Part shown: in pieces, positions 43,497-56,500 of the stretch
Numbering within the stretch: the stretch's first letter is position 1
Layout: each line of letters opens with the position of its first letter
Assembly: GCA_964057225.1 (NCBI GenBank)
Contig: OZ059896.1
Coordinates: 1,922,001 to 1,986,000 of the forward strand
DNA: 64,000 nt
Direction of reading: 5' to 3'
Origin: Auanema rhodensis
Taxonomy: Eukaryota > Animalia > Nematoda
Position numbers and translations under genes: made by a program
Notes under the pieces: generated by a model
The model's database searches: none
What the model was told of the DNA's origin: nothing
What the model saw: only the letters and a program-made list of their open reading frames with translations

Positions 43497-43849
43497 CTTC
43501 AACTTCTAATCAACAACCCAACGGCCCTCTTTAGGGCCACATTTAAATTTGATGTATTCATAATGATTTATAATATAATACTGTGTCTGTCTTGTCTTTT
43601 TTTGCTATGTAATGATAATTGATATGATATGTTTCGCTGTTATGTAAAGGAGAATCCCTATCTTTGATACTCCATATCCATCTCTATTTTTTTTTATGAA
43701 TTTCATTAATTATGCTTTCATGTTGATAACAACAACAGTGATCATATCTAATGCCTCACATGTTTCTATTCCACGTTTGTTCGCAAATAAACAGTTGTTT
43801 ATGTTATTCTTATCGTTTATATAAAATTTAAATATACATTTCTAGAATT
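43496..43849 (+). pseudogene. Histone-gene 3' end/flank fragment, copy 2
   Basis: Direct repeat of 42568-42921 through ...TTTCTAGAATT, continuing into the H4 promoter region. Confidence 0.8.
43523..43538 (+). promoter_or_regulatory. Replication-dependent histone mRNA 3' stem-loop, copy 2
   Basis: GGCCCTCTTTAGGGCC with the same CCAAC/ACA flanks as copy 1. Confidence 0.93.
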
Positions 43850-43974
43850 GAGCGGCAAAATTAAGCGCCAATATGCTTGGTGGCGATTACAATGGGTTTT
43901 TGCGCGGTGACCTCTACAGCACTAGTATATAACGGAGATGCTAGGGTTACTATTCAACACACAGCTTGATCAGC
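43850..43974 (+). promoter_or_regulatory. Putative histone H4 promoter and 5' UTR
   Basis: Locally GC-richer segment with CCAAT at 43868-43872, GCGCGGTGAC at 43902-43911, and TATATAA at 43926-43932 ending 43 nt before the H4-like ATG, followed by a short CA-rich leader. Confidence 0.7.
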
Positions 43975-44019
43975 ATGTCTGAACGTGGTAAAGGAGGAAA
44001 AGGTCTTGAATTTATATGA
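43975..44019 (+). pseudogene. H4: Truncated histone H4 (N-terminal stub, MSERGKGGKGLEFI*)
   Basis: ATG TCT GAA CGT GGT AAA GGA GGA AAA GGT CTT GAA matches H4 MSGRGKGGKGLG at 10/12 residues, and both differences fit single GGA>GAA changes. KGL distinguishes it from H2A. Homology is lost after codon 11-12, with TGA at 44017-44019. Confidence 0.88.
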
Positions 44020-44062
44020 TTGAATAATAAAATAGTGATTGACTTATCTGTGCTATGTGCTT

Positions 44063-44086
44063 GTTGTTGATTAGAAGTTGAAGTAA
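44063..44086 (-). repeat. 24-bp inverted copy of the sequence leading into the histone stem-loop
   Basis: GTTGTTGATTAGAAGTTGAAGTAA is the exact reverse complement of TTACTTCAACTTCTAATCAACAAC at 42566-42589, with one mismatch to 43494-43517. Confidence 0.9.
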
Positions 44087-44346
44087 TGATGCTGACTACA
44101 ACCGCTCTTTCTTTTTTTTAAAATGATATGATTGTTTAGATTTTCATTGCTTGCTTATGCTATTTTGAAAATTTGAATATTCTTAGTGTTGTATTTTTTT
44201 TAATTTTTATTTTTTCTCTTTTTTTTCATATTTATACTTATATATATAAATATAATGTATATATTGAGAGATTTAGCTAACTAGTTAATATATTAGCATT
44301 TGTACAGTTCGGCTTTCATTGACGTTAGGAATGTGGGCGTGGTTTA

Positions 44347-44580
44347 TTTACTCTAGTATACTCTATACATCTCCTGATAATTGTTTGATCTTATTTATAT
44401 TTGTTGAAAATTCTTCACATTTTCTTATTGAAAGTGCTTCTTGATATTTCTTCTTTGCTTTTATTATTTGATTTTACAATGACTTGATATAACTTTCTTT
44501 TGTATCCTGTTCATGGAATGAATAATTATATACTGTAGTATAATTTGTACATCTCTTGATAATTGTTTGTTCTTATTTGT
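44347..44580 (-). repeat. Diverged Sat184, ~1.3 monomers, reverse orientation
   Basis: Aligns to the reverse complement of Sat184 but with many private substitutions (GATAATTGTTTG, TTCTTCACATTTTC, GAAAGTGC, TACTGTAG). Confidence 0.88.
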
Positions 44581-44582
44581 TA

Positions 44583-47500
44583 TCCATGAACAGGATACGA
44601 AAGAAAGTTATAACAAGTCATTGAAAAATTAAGTATTAAAAACAAAAAAAAAGTATCAAGAAGCATTTTCAGTAAGAAAACATGAAGAAATTTTAACAAA
44701 TACAAATAAGAATGAGAAAATTATCAAGAGATGCATAACGTATTATAGAGTATCAGTAAACATTTAAAATATGAACAGGTTTCAAAAAAAGTAATATCAA
44801 TTCATGGGAAAGTATTAAAAGCAGAGAAGAAGTATCAAGAAGGATTTTCAGTAAGAAAACATGAAGAAATTTTAACAAATACAAAGAAGAATGAGAAAAT
44901 TATCAAGAGATATATAACGTACTATAGAGTATCAGTAAACATTTTAAATATGAACAGGTTTCAAAAAAAGTTATAACAAGTCATGGTAAAATCAAGTTTT
45001 AAAAGCAAAAAAGAAGTATCAAGAAGGATTTTCAGCAAGAAAACATGAAGAAATTTTAACAAATACAAAGAAGAATGAGAAAATTATCGAAAGATGTACA
45101 AATTATACTAGAGTATCAGTAAACATTTAAAATATGAACAGGTTTCAACAAAAGTAATATCAAGTCATGATAGAATCAAGTATTAAAAACAAAAAAAAAG
45201 TATCAAGAAGCATTTTCAGTAAGAAAACATGAAGAAATTTTAACAAATACAAAGAAGAATGAGAAAATTATCAAGAGATATATAACGTACTATAGAGTAT
45301 CAGTAAACATTTTAAATATGAACAGGTTTCAAAAAAAGTTATAACAAGTCATGGTAAAATCAAGTTTTAAAAGCAAAGAAGAAGTATCAAGAAGGATTTT
45401 CAGCAAGAAAACATGAAGAAATTTTAACAAATACAAAGAAGAATGAGAAAATTATCGAAAGATGTACAAATTATACTAGAGTATCAGTAAACATTTAAAA
45501 TATGAACAGGTTTCAACAAAAGTAATATCAAGTCATGATAAAATCAAGTATTAAAAACAAAAAAAAGTATCAAGAAGCATTTTCAGTAAGAAAACATGAA
45601 GAAATTTTAACAAATACAAAGAAGAATGAAAAAATTATCAAGAGATGCATAACGTATTATAGAGTATCAGTAAACATTTTAAATATGAACAGGTTTCAAA
45701 AAAAGTTATAACAAGTCATGGTAAAATCAAGTTTTAAAAGCAAAGAAGAAGTATCAAGAAGGATTTTCAGTAAGAAAACATGAAGAAATTTTAACAAATA
45801 CAAAGAAGAATGAGAAAATTATCGAAAGATGTACAAAGTATACTAGAGTATCAGTAAACATTTAAAATATGAACAGGTTTCAACAAAAGTAAAATCAAGT
45901 CATGATAAAATCAAGTATTAAAAACAAGAAAAAAGTATCAAGAAGCATTTTCAGTAAGAAAACAGGAAGAAATTTTAACAAATACAAAAAAGAATGAGAA
46001 AATTATCAAGAGATGTACAAAGTATACTAGAGTATCAGTAAACATTTAAAATATGAACAGGTTTCAACAAAAGTAAAATCAAGTCATGATAAAATCAAGT
46101 ATTAAAAACAAAAAAAAAGTATCAAGAAGCATTTTCAGTAAGAAAACAGGAAGAAATTTTAACAAATACAAAAAAGAATGAGAAAATTATCAAGAGATGT
46201 ACAAAATATACTAGAGTAAAATATTATTTATTCCATGAACATGATACGAAAGAAAGTTATAACAAGTCATGGTAAAATCAAGTATTGAAAACAAAAAAAA
46301 GTATCAAGAAGCATCTTCAGTAGGAAAACATGAAGAAATTTTAACAAATACAAAAAAGAATGAGAAAATTATCGAAAGATGCATAACATATTATAGAGTA
46401 TCAGTAAACATTTGGAATATGAACAGGTTTCAAAAAAAGTTATAACAAGTCATGGTAAAATCAAGTTTTAAAAGCAAAGAAGAAGTATCAAGAAGGATTT
46501 TCAGTAAGAAAACATGAAGAAATTTTAACAAATACAAAAAAGAATGAGAAAATTATCGAAAGATGCATAACATATTATAGAGTATCAGTAAACATTTGGA
46601 ATATGAACAGGTTTCAAAAAAAGTTATAACAAGTCATGGTAAAATCAAGTTTTAAAAGCAAAGAAGAAGTATCAAGAAGGATTTTCAGTAAGAAAACATG
46701 AAGAAATTTTAACAAATACAAAGAAGAATGAAAAAATAATCAAGAGATGCATAACGTATTATAGAGTATCAGTAAACATTTTAAATATGAACAGGTTTCA
46801 ACAAAAGTAATATCAAGTCATGATAGAATCAAGTATTAAAAACAAAAAAAAAGTATCAAGAAGCATTTTCAGTAAGAAAACATGAAGAAATTTTAACAAA
46901 TACAAAGAAGAATGAGAAAATTATCAAGAGATATATAACGTACTATAGAGTATCAGTAAACATTTTAAATATGAACAGGTTTCAAAAAAAGTTATAACAA
47001 GTCATGGTAAAATCAAGTTTTAAAAGCAAAGAAGAAGTATCAAGAAGGATTTTCAGCAAGAAAACATGAAGAAATTTTAACAAATACAAAGAAGAATGAG
47101 AAAATTATCGAAAGATGTACAAATTATACTAGAGTATCAGTAAACATTTAAAATATGAACAGGTTTCAACAAAAGTAATATCAAGTCATGATAAAATCAA
47201 GTATTAAAAACAAAAAAAAGTATCAAGAAGCATTTTCAGTAAGAAAACATGAAGAAATTTTAACAAATACAAAGAAGAATGAAAAAATTATCAAGAGATG
47301 CATAACGTATTATAGAGTATCAGTAAACATTTTAAATATGAACAGGTTTCAAAAAAAGTTATAACAAGTCATGGTAAAATCAAGTTTTAAAAGCAAAGAA
47401 GAAGTATCAAGAAGGATTTTCAGTAAGAAAACATGAAGAAATTTTAACAAATACAAAGAAGAATGAGAAAATTATCGAAAGATGTACAAAGTATACTAGA

Positions 47501-50500
47501 GTATCAGTAAACATTTAAAATATGAACAGGTTTCAACAAAAGTAAAATCAAGTCATGATAAAATCAAGTATTAAAAACAAAAAAAAAGTATCAAGAAGCA
47601 TTTTCAGTAAGAAAACAGGAAGAAATTTCAACAAATACAAAAAAGAATGAGAAAATTATCAAGAGATGTACAAAGTATACTAGAGTATCAGTAAACATTT
47701 AAAATATGAACAGGTTTCAACAAAAGTAAAATCAAGTCATGATAAAATCAAGTATTAAAAACAAAAAAAAAGTATCAAGAAGCATTTTCAGTAAGAAAAC
47801 AGGAAGAAATTTTAACAAATACAAAAAAGAATGAGAAAATTATCAAGAGATGTACAAAATATACTAGAGTAAAATATTATTTATTCCATGAACATGATAC
47901 GAAAGAAAGTTATAACAAGTCATGGTAAAATCAAGTATTGAAAACAAAAAAAAGTATCAAGAAGCATCTTCAGTAGGAAAACATGAAGAAATTTTAACAA
48001 ATACAAAAAAGAATGAGAAAATTATCGAAAGATGCATAACATATTATAGAGTATCAGTAAACATTTGGAATATGAACAGGTTTCAAAAAAAGTTATAACA
48101 AGTCATGGTAAAATCAAGTTTTAAAAGCAAAGAAGAAGTATCAAGAAGGATTTTCAGTAAGAAAACATGAAGAAATTTTAACAAATACAAAAAAGAATGA
48201 GAAAATTATCGAAAGATGCATAACATATTATAGAGTATCAGTAAACATTTGGAATATGAACAGGTTTCAAAAAAAGTTATAACAAGTCATGGTAAAATCA
48301 AGTTTTAAAAGCAAAGAAGAAGTATCAAGAAGGATTTTCAGTAAGAAAACATGAAGAAATTTTAACAAATACAAAGAAGAATGAAAAAATAATCAAGAGA
48401 TGCATAACGTATTATAGAGTATCAGTAAACATTTTAAATATGAACAGGTTTCAAAAAAAGTTATAACAAGTCATGGTAAAATCAAGTTTTAAAAGCAAAG
48501 AAGAAGTATCAAGAAGGATTTTCAGCAAGAAAACATGAAGAAATTTTAACAAATACAAAGAAGAATGAGAAAATTATCGAAAGATGTACAAATTATACTA
48601 GAGTATCAGTAAACATTTAAAATATGAACAGGTTTCAACAAAAGTAATATCAAGTCATGATAAAATCAAGTATTAAAAACAAAAAAAAAGTATCAAGAAG
48701 GATTTTCAGTAAGAAAACATGAAGAAATTTTAACAAATACAAAGAAGAATGAAAAAATTATCAAGAGATGCATAACGTATTATAGAGTATCAGTAAACAT
48801 TTTAAATATGAACAGGTTTCAAAAAAAGTTATAACAAGTCATGGTAAAATCAAGTTTTAAAAGCAAAGAAGAAGTATCAAGAAGGATTTTCAGTAAGAAA
48901 ACATGAAGAAATTTTAACAAATACAAAGAAGAATGAGAAAATTATCGAAAGATGTACAAAGTATACTAGAGTATCAGTAAACATTTAAAATATGAACAGG
49001 TTTCAACAAAAGTAAAATCAAGTCATGATAAAATCAAGTATTAAAAACAAAAAAAAAGTATCAAGAAGGATTTTCAGTGAGAAAACATGAAGAAATTTTA
49101 ACAAATACAAAGAAGAATGAAAAAATTATCAAGAGATGCATAACGTATTATAGAGTATCAGTAAACATTTTAAATATGAACAGGTTTCAAAAAAAGTTAT
49201 AACAAGTCATGATAAAATCAAGTTTTAAAAGCAAAGAAGAAGTATCAAGAAGGATTTTCAGTAAGAAAACATGAAGAAATTTTAACAAATACAAAGAAGA
49301 ATGAGAAAATTATCGAAAGATGTACAAAGTATACTAGAGTATCAGTAAACATTTAAAATATGAACAGGTTTCAACAAAAGTAAAATCAAGTCATGATAAA
49401 ATCAAGTATTAAAACAAAAAAAAAGTATCAAGAAGCATTTTCAGTAAGAAAACAGGAAGAAATTTTAACAAATACAAAAAAGAATGAGAAAATTATCAAG
49501 AGATGTACAAAATATACTAGAGTAAAATATTATTTATTCCATGAACATGATACGAAAGAAAGTTATAACAAGTCATGGTAAAATCAAGTATTGAAAACAA
49601 AAAAAAGTATCAAGAAGCATCTTCAGTAGGAAAACATGAAGAAATTTTAACAAATACAATAAAGAATGAGAAAATTATCGAAAGATGCATAACATATTAT
49701 AGAGTATCAGTAAACATTTGGAATATGAACAGGTTTCAAAAAAAGTTATAACAAGTCATGGTAAAATCAAGTTTTAAAAGCAAAGAAGAAGTATCAAGAA
49801 GGATTTTCAGTAAGAAAACATGAAGAAATTTTAACAAATACAAAAAAGAATGAGAAAATTATCGAAAGATGCATAACATATTATAGAGTATCAGTAAACA
49901 TTTGGAATATGAACAGGTTTCAAAAAAAGTTATAACAAGTCATGGTAAAATCAAGTTTTAAAAGCAAAGAAGAAGTATCAAGAAGGATTTTCAGTAAGAA
50001 AACATGAAGAAATTTTAACAAATACAAAGAAGAATGAAAAAATAATCAAGAGATGCATAACGTATTATAGAGTATCAGTAAACATTTTAAATATGAACAG
50101 GTTTCAACAAAAGTAATATCAAGTCATGATAGAATCAAGTATTAAAAACAAAAAAAAAGTATCAAGAAGCATTTTCAGTAAGAAAACATGAAGAAATTTT
50201 AACAAATACAAAGAAGAATGAGAAAATTATCAAGAGATATATAACGTACTATAGAGTATCAGTAAACATTTTAAATATGAACAGGTTTCAAAAAAAGTTA
50301 TAACAAGTCATGGTAAAATCAAGTTTTAAAAGCAAAGAAGAAGTATCAAGAAGGATTTTCAGCAAGAAAACATGAAGAAATTTTAACAAATACAAAGAAG
50401 AATGAGAAAATTATCGAAAGATGTACAAATTATACTAGAGTATCAGTAAACATTTAAAATATGAACAGGTTTCAACAAAAGTAATATCAAGTCATGATAA

Positions 50501-53500
50501 AATCAAGTATTAAAAACAAAAAAAAGTATCAAGAAGCATTTTCAGTAAGAAAACATGAAGAAATTTTAACAAATACAAAGAAGAATGAAAAAATTATCAA
50601 GAGATGCATAACGTATTATAGAGTATCAGTAAACATTTTAAATATGAACAGGTTTCAAAAAAAGTTATAACAAGTCATGGTAAAATCAAGTTTTAAAAGC
50701 AAAGAAGAAGTATCAAGAAGGATTTTCAGTAAGAAAACATGAAGAAATTTTAACAAATACAAAGAAGAATGAGAAAATTATCGAAAGATGTACAAAGTAT
50801 ACTAGAGTATCAGTAAACATTTAAAATATGAACAGGTTTCAACAAAAGTAAAATCAAGTCATGATAAAATCAAGTATTAAAAACAAAAAAAAAGTATCAA
50901 GAAGCATTTTCAGTAAGAAAACAGGAAGAAATTTCAACAAATACAAAAAAGAATGAGAAAATTATCAAGAGATATATAACGTACTATAGAGTATCAGTAA
51001 ACATTTTAAATATGAACAGGTTTCAAAAAAAGTTATAACAAGTCATGGTAAAATCAAGTTTTAAAAGCAAAGAAGAAGTATCAAGAAGGATTTTCAGCAA
51101 GAAAACATGAAGAAATTTTAACAAATACAAAGAAGAATGAGAAAATTATCGAAAGATGTACAAATTATACTAGAGTATCAGTAAACATTTAAAATATGAA
51201 CAGGTTTCAACAAAAGTAATATCAAGTCATGATAAAATCAAGTATTAAAAACAAAAAAAAGTATCAAGAAGCATTTTCAGTAAGAAAACATGAAGAAATT
51301 TTAACAAATACAAAGAAGAATGAAAAAATTATCAAGAGATGCATAACGTATTATAGAGTATCAGTAAACATTTTAAATATGAACAGGTTTCAAAAAAAGT
51401 TATAACAAGTCATGGTAAAATCAAGTTTTAAAAGCAAAGAAGAAGTATCAAGAAGGATTTTCAGTAAGAAAACATGAAGAAATTTTAACAAATACAAAGA
51501 AGAATGAGAAAATTATCGAAAGATGTACAAAGTATACTAGAGTATCAGTAAACATTTAAAATATGAACAGGTTTCAACAAAAGTAAAATCAAGTCATGAT
51601 AAAATCAAGTATTAAAAACAAAAAAAAAGTATCAAGAAGCATTTTCAGTAAGAAAACAGGAAGAAATTTCAACAAATACAAAAAAGAATGAGAAAATTAT
51701 CAAGAGATGTACAAAGTATACTAGAGTATCAGTAAACATTTAAAATATGAACAGGTTTCAACAAAAGTAAAATCAAGTCATGATAAAATCAAGTATTAAA
51801 AACAAAAAAAAAGTATCAAGAAGCATTTTCAGTAAGAAAACAGGAAGAAATTTTAACAAATACAAAAAAGAATGAGAAAATTATCAAGAGATGTACAAAA
51901 TATACTAGAGTAAAATATTATTTATTCCATGAACATGATACGAAAGAAAGTTATAACAAGTCATGGTAAAATCAAGTATTGAAAACAAAAAAAAGTATCA
52001 AGAAGCATCTTCAGTAGGAAAACATGAAGAAATTTTAACAAATACAAAGAAGAATGAGAAAATTATCGAAAGATGTACAAAGTATACTAGAGTATCAGTA
52101 AACATTTAAAATATGAACAGGTTTCAACAAAAGTAAAATCAAGTCATGATAAAATCAAGTATTAAAACAAAAAAAAAGTATCAAGAAGCATTTTCAGTAA
52201 GAAAACAGGAAGAAATTTTAACAAATACAAAAAAGAATGAGAAAATTATCGAAAGATGCATAACATATTATAGAGTATCAGTAAACATTTGGAATATGAA
52301 CAGGTTTCAAAAAAAGTTATAACAAGTCATGGTAAAATCAAGTTTTAAAAGCAAAGAAGAAGTATCAAGAAGGATTTTCAGTAAGAAAACATGAAGAAAT
52401 TTTAACAAATACAAAAAAGAATGAGAAAATTATCGAAAGATGCATAACATATTATAGAGTATCAGTAAACATTTTAAATATGAACAGGTTTCAAAAAAAG
52501 TTATAACAAGTCATGGTAAAATCAAGTTTTAAAAGCAAAGAAGAAGTATTAAGAAGGATTTTCAGTAAGAAAACATGAAGAAATTTTAACAAATACAAAG
52601 AAGAATGAGAAAATTATCAAGAGATATATAACGTACTATAGAGTATCAGTAAACATTTTAAATATGAACAGGTTTCAAAAAAAGTTATAACAAGTCATGG
52701 TAAAATCAAGTTTTAAAAGCAAAGAAGAAGTATCAAGAAGGATTTTCAGTAAGAAAACATGAAGAAATTTTAACAAATACAAAAAAGAATGAGAAAATTA
52801 TCGAAAGATGCATAGCATATTATAGAGTATCAGTAAACATTTAAAATATGAACAGGTTTCAACAAAAGTAATATCAAGTCATGATAAAATCAAGTATTAA
52901 AAACAAAAAAAAAGTATCAAGAAGGATTTTCAGTAAGAAAACATGAAGAAATTTTAACAAATACAAAGAAGAATGAAAAAATTATCAAGAGATGCATAAC
53001 GTATTATAGAGTATCAGTAAACATTTTAAATATGAACAGGTTTCAAAAAAAGTTATAACAAGTCATGGTAAAATCAAGTTTTAAAAGCAAAGAAGAAGTA
53101 TCAAGAAGGATTTTCAGTAAGAAAACATGAAGAAATTTTAACAAATACAAAGAAGAATGAGAAAATTATCGAAAGATGTACAAAGTATACTAGAGTATCA
53201 GTAAACATTTAAAATATGAACAGGTTTCAACAAAAGTAAAATCAAGTCATGATAAAATCAAGTATTAAAACAAAAAAAAAGTATCAAGAAGCATTTTCAG
53301 TAAGAAAACATGAAGAAATTTTAACAAATACAAAACAGAATGACAAAATTATCGAAAGATGTACAAAGTATACTAGAGTATCAGTAAACATTTAAAATAT
53401 GAACAGGTTTCAACAAAAGTAAAATCAAGTCATGATAAAATCAAGTATTAAAAACAAAAAAAAAGTATCAAGAAGCATTTTCAGTAAGAAAACAGGAAGA

Positions 53501-56500
53501 AATTTTAACAAATACAAAAAAGAATGAGAAAATTATCAAGAGATGTACAAAATATACTAGAGTAAAATATTATTTATTCCATGAACATGATACGAAAGAA
53601 AGTTATAACAAGTCATGGTAAAATCAAGTATTAAAAACAGAAAAAAGTATCAAGAAGCATCTTCAGTAGGAAAACATGAAGAAATTTTAACAAATACAAA
53701 AAAGAATGAGAAAATTATCGAAAGATGCATAACATATTATAGAGTATCAGTAAACATTTGGAATATGAACAGGTTTCAAAAAAAGTTATAACAAGTCATG
53801 GTAAAATCAAGTTTTAAAAGCAAAGAAGAAGTATCAAGAAGGATTTTCAGTAAGAAAACATGAAGAAATTTTAACAAATACAAAAAAGAATGAGAAAATT
53901 ATCGAAAGATGCATAACATATTATAGAGTATCAGTAAACATTTGGAATATGAACAGGTTTCAAAAAAAGTTATAACAAGTCATGGTAAAATCAAGTTTTA
54001 AAAGCAAAGAAGAAGTATCAAGAAGGATTTTCAGCAAGAAAACATGAAGAAATTTCAACAAATACAAAGAAGAATGAGAAAATTATCGAAAGATGTACAA
54101 ATTATACTAGAGTATCAGTAAACATTTAAAATATGAACAGGTTTCAAAAAAAGTAATATCAATTCATGGGAAAATCGAGTTTTAAAAGCAAAGAAGAAGT
54201 ATCAAGAAGGATTTTCAGTAAGAAAACATGAAGAAATTTTCAAGAATACAAAGAAGAATGAGAAAATTATCAGGAGATGTACAAAGTATACTAGAGTAAA
54301 CTATTATTTATTCCATGAACAGGATACGAAAGAAAGTTATAACAAGTCATGGTAAAATCAAGTATTAAAAACAAAAAAAAGTATCAAGAAGCATTTTCAG
54401 TAAGAAAACATGAAGAAATTTTAACAAATACAAATAAGAATGAGAAAATTATCAAGAGATATATAACGTACTATAGAGTATCAGTAAACATTTTAAATAT
54501 GAACAGGTTTCAAAAAAAGTTATAACAAGTCATGGTAAAATCAAGTTTTAAAAGCAAAGAAGAAGTATCAAGAAGGATTTTCAGTAAGAAAACATGAAGA
54601 AATTTTAACAAATACAAATAAGAATGAGAAAATTATCAAGAAATGTACAAAGTATACTAGAGTAAACTATTATTTATTCCATGAACAGGATACGAAAGAA
54701 AGTTATAACAAGTCATGATAAAATCAAGTATTAAAAACAAAGAAGAAGTATCAAGAAGGATTTTCAATAAGAAAACATGAAGAAATTTTAACAAATACAA
54801 AGAAGAATGAGAAAATTATCAAGAAATGTATAACGTATTATAGAGTATCAGTAAACATTTAAAATATGAACAGGTTTCAAAAAAAGTAATATCAATTCAT
54901 GGGAAAATCGAGTTTTAAAAGCAAAGAAGAAGTATCAAGAAGGATTTTCAGTAAGAAAACATGAAGAAATTTTTAAGAATACAAAGAAGAATGAGAAAAT
55001 TATCAAGAAATGTACAAAGTATACTAGAGTAAATAATTATTTACTACATGAACAAGATACGAAAGAAAGTAATATCAAGTCATGATAAAATCAAGTTTTA
55101 AAAACAAAAAAAAGTATCAAGAAGCATTTTCAGTAAGAAAACATGAAGAAATTTTAACAAATACAAATAAGAATGAGAAAATTATCAAGAGATATATAAC
55201 GTACTATAGAGTATCAGTAAACATTTTAAATATGAACAGGTTTCAAAAAAAGTTATAACAAGTCATGGTAAAATCAAGTTTTAAAAGCAAAGAAGAAGTA
55301 TCAAGAAGGATTTTCAGTAAGAAAACATGAAGAAATTTTAACAAATACAAAAAAGAATGACAAAATTATCGAAAGATGTACAAAGTATACTAGAGTATCA
55401 GTAAACATTTAAAATATGAACAGGTTTCAACAAAAGTAAAATCAAGTCATGATAAAATCAAGTATTAAAAACAAAAAAAAAGTATCAAGAAGCATTTTCA
55501 GTAAGAAAACAGGAAGAAATTTTAACAAATACAAAAAAGAATGAGAAAATTATCAAGAGATGTACAAAATATACTAGAGTAAAATATTATTTATTCCATG
55601 AACATGATACGAAAGAAAGTTATAACAAGTCATGGTAAAATCAAGTATTAAAAACAAAAAAAAGTATCAAGAAGCATCTTCAGTAGGAAAACATGAAGAA
55701 ATTTTAACAAATACACAGAAGAATGAGAAAATTATCAAGAGATATATAACGTACTATAGAGTATCAGTAAACATTTTAAATATGAACAGGTTTCAAAAAA
55801 AGTTATAACAAGTCATGGTAAAATCAAGTTTTAAAAGCAAAGAAGAAGTATCAAGAAGGATTTTCAGTAAGAAAACATGAAGAAATTTTAACAAATACAA
55901 AAAAGAATGAGAAAATTATCGAAAGATGCATAACATATTATAGAGTATCAGTAAACATTTGAAATATGAACAGGTTTCAAAAAAAGTAATATCAATTCAT
56001 GGGGAAGTATTAAAAGCAGAGAAGAAGTATCAAGAAGGATTTTCAGTAAGAAAACATGAAGAAATTTTCAAGAATACAAAGAAGAATGAGAAAATTATCA
56101 GGAGATGTACAAAGTATACTAGAGTAAACTATTATTTATTCCATGAACAGGATACGAAAGAAAGTTATAACAAGTCATGGTAAAATCAAGTATTAAAAAC
56201 AAAAAAAAGTATCAAGAAGCATTTTCAGTAAGAAAACATGAAGAAATTTTAACAAATACAAATAAGAATGAGAAAATTATCAAGAGATATATAACGTACT
56301 ATAGAGTATCAGTAAACATTTTAAATATGAACAGGTTTCAAAAAAAGTTATAACAAGTCATGGTAAAATCAAGTTTTAAAAGCAAAGAAGAAGTATCAAG
56401 AAGGATTTTCAGTAAGAAAACATGAAGAAATTCTAACAAATACAAATAAGAATGAGAAAATTATCAAGAAATGTACAAAGTATACTAGAGTAAACTATTA

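Noticed and set aside
43942-43949. TAGGGTTA telomere-like word
   Set aside because: A single 8-mer, not tandem, lying inside the promoter region.
42566-44086. DNA transposon/MITE bounded by the 24-bp inverted repeats
   Set aside because: There is no target-site duplication and no transposase, a third copy lies internally, and the unique sequence continues beyond 44086.
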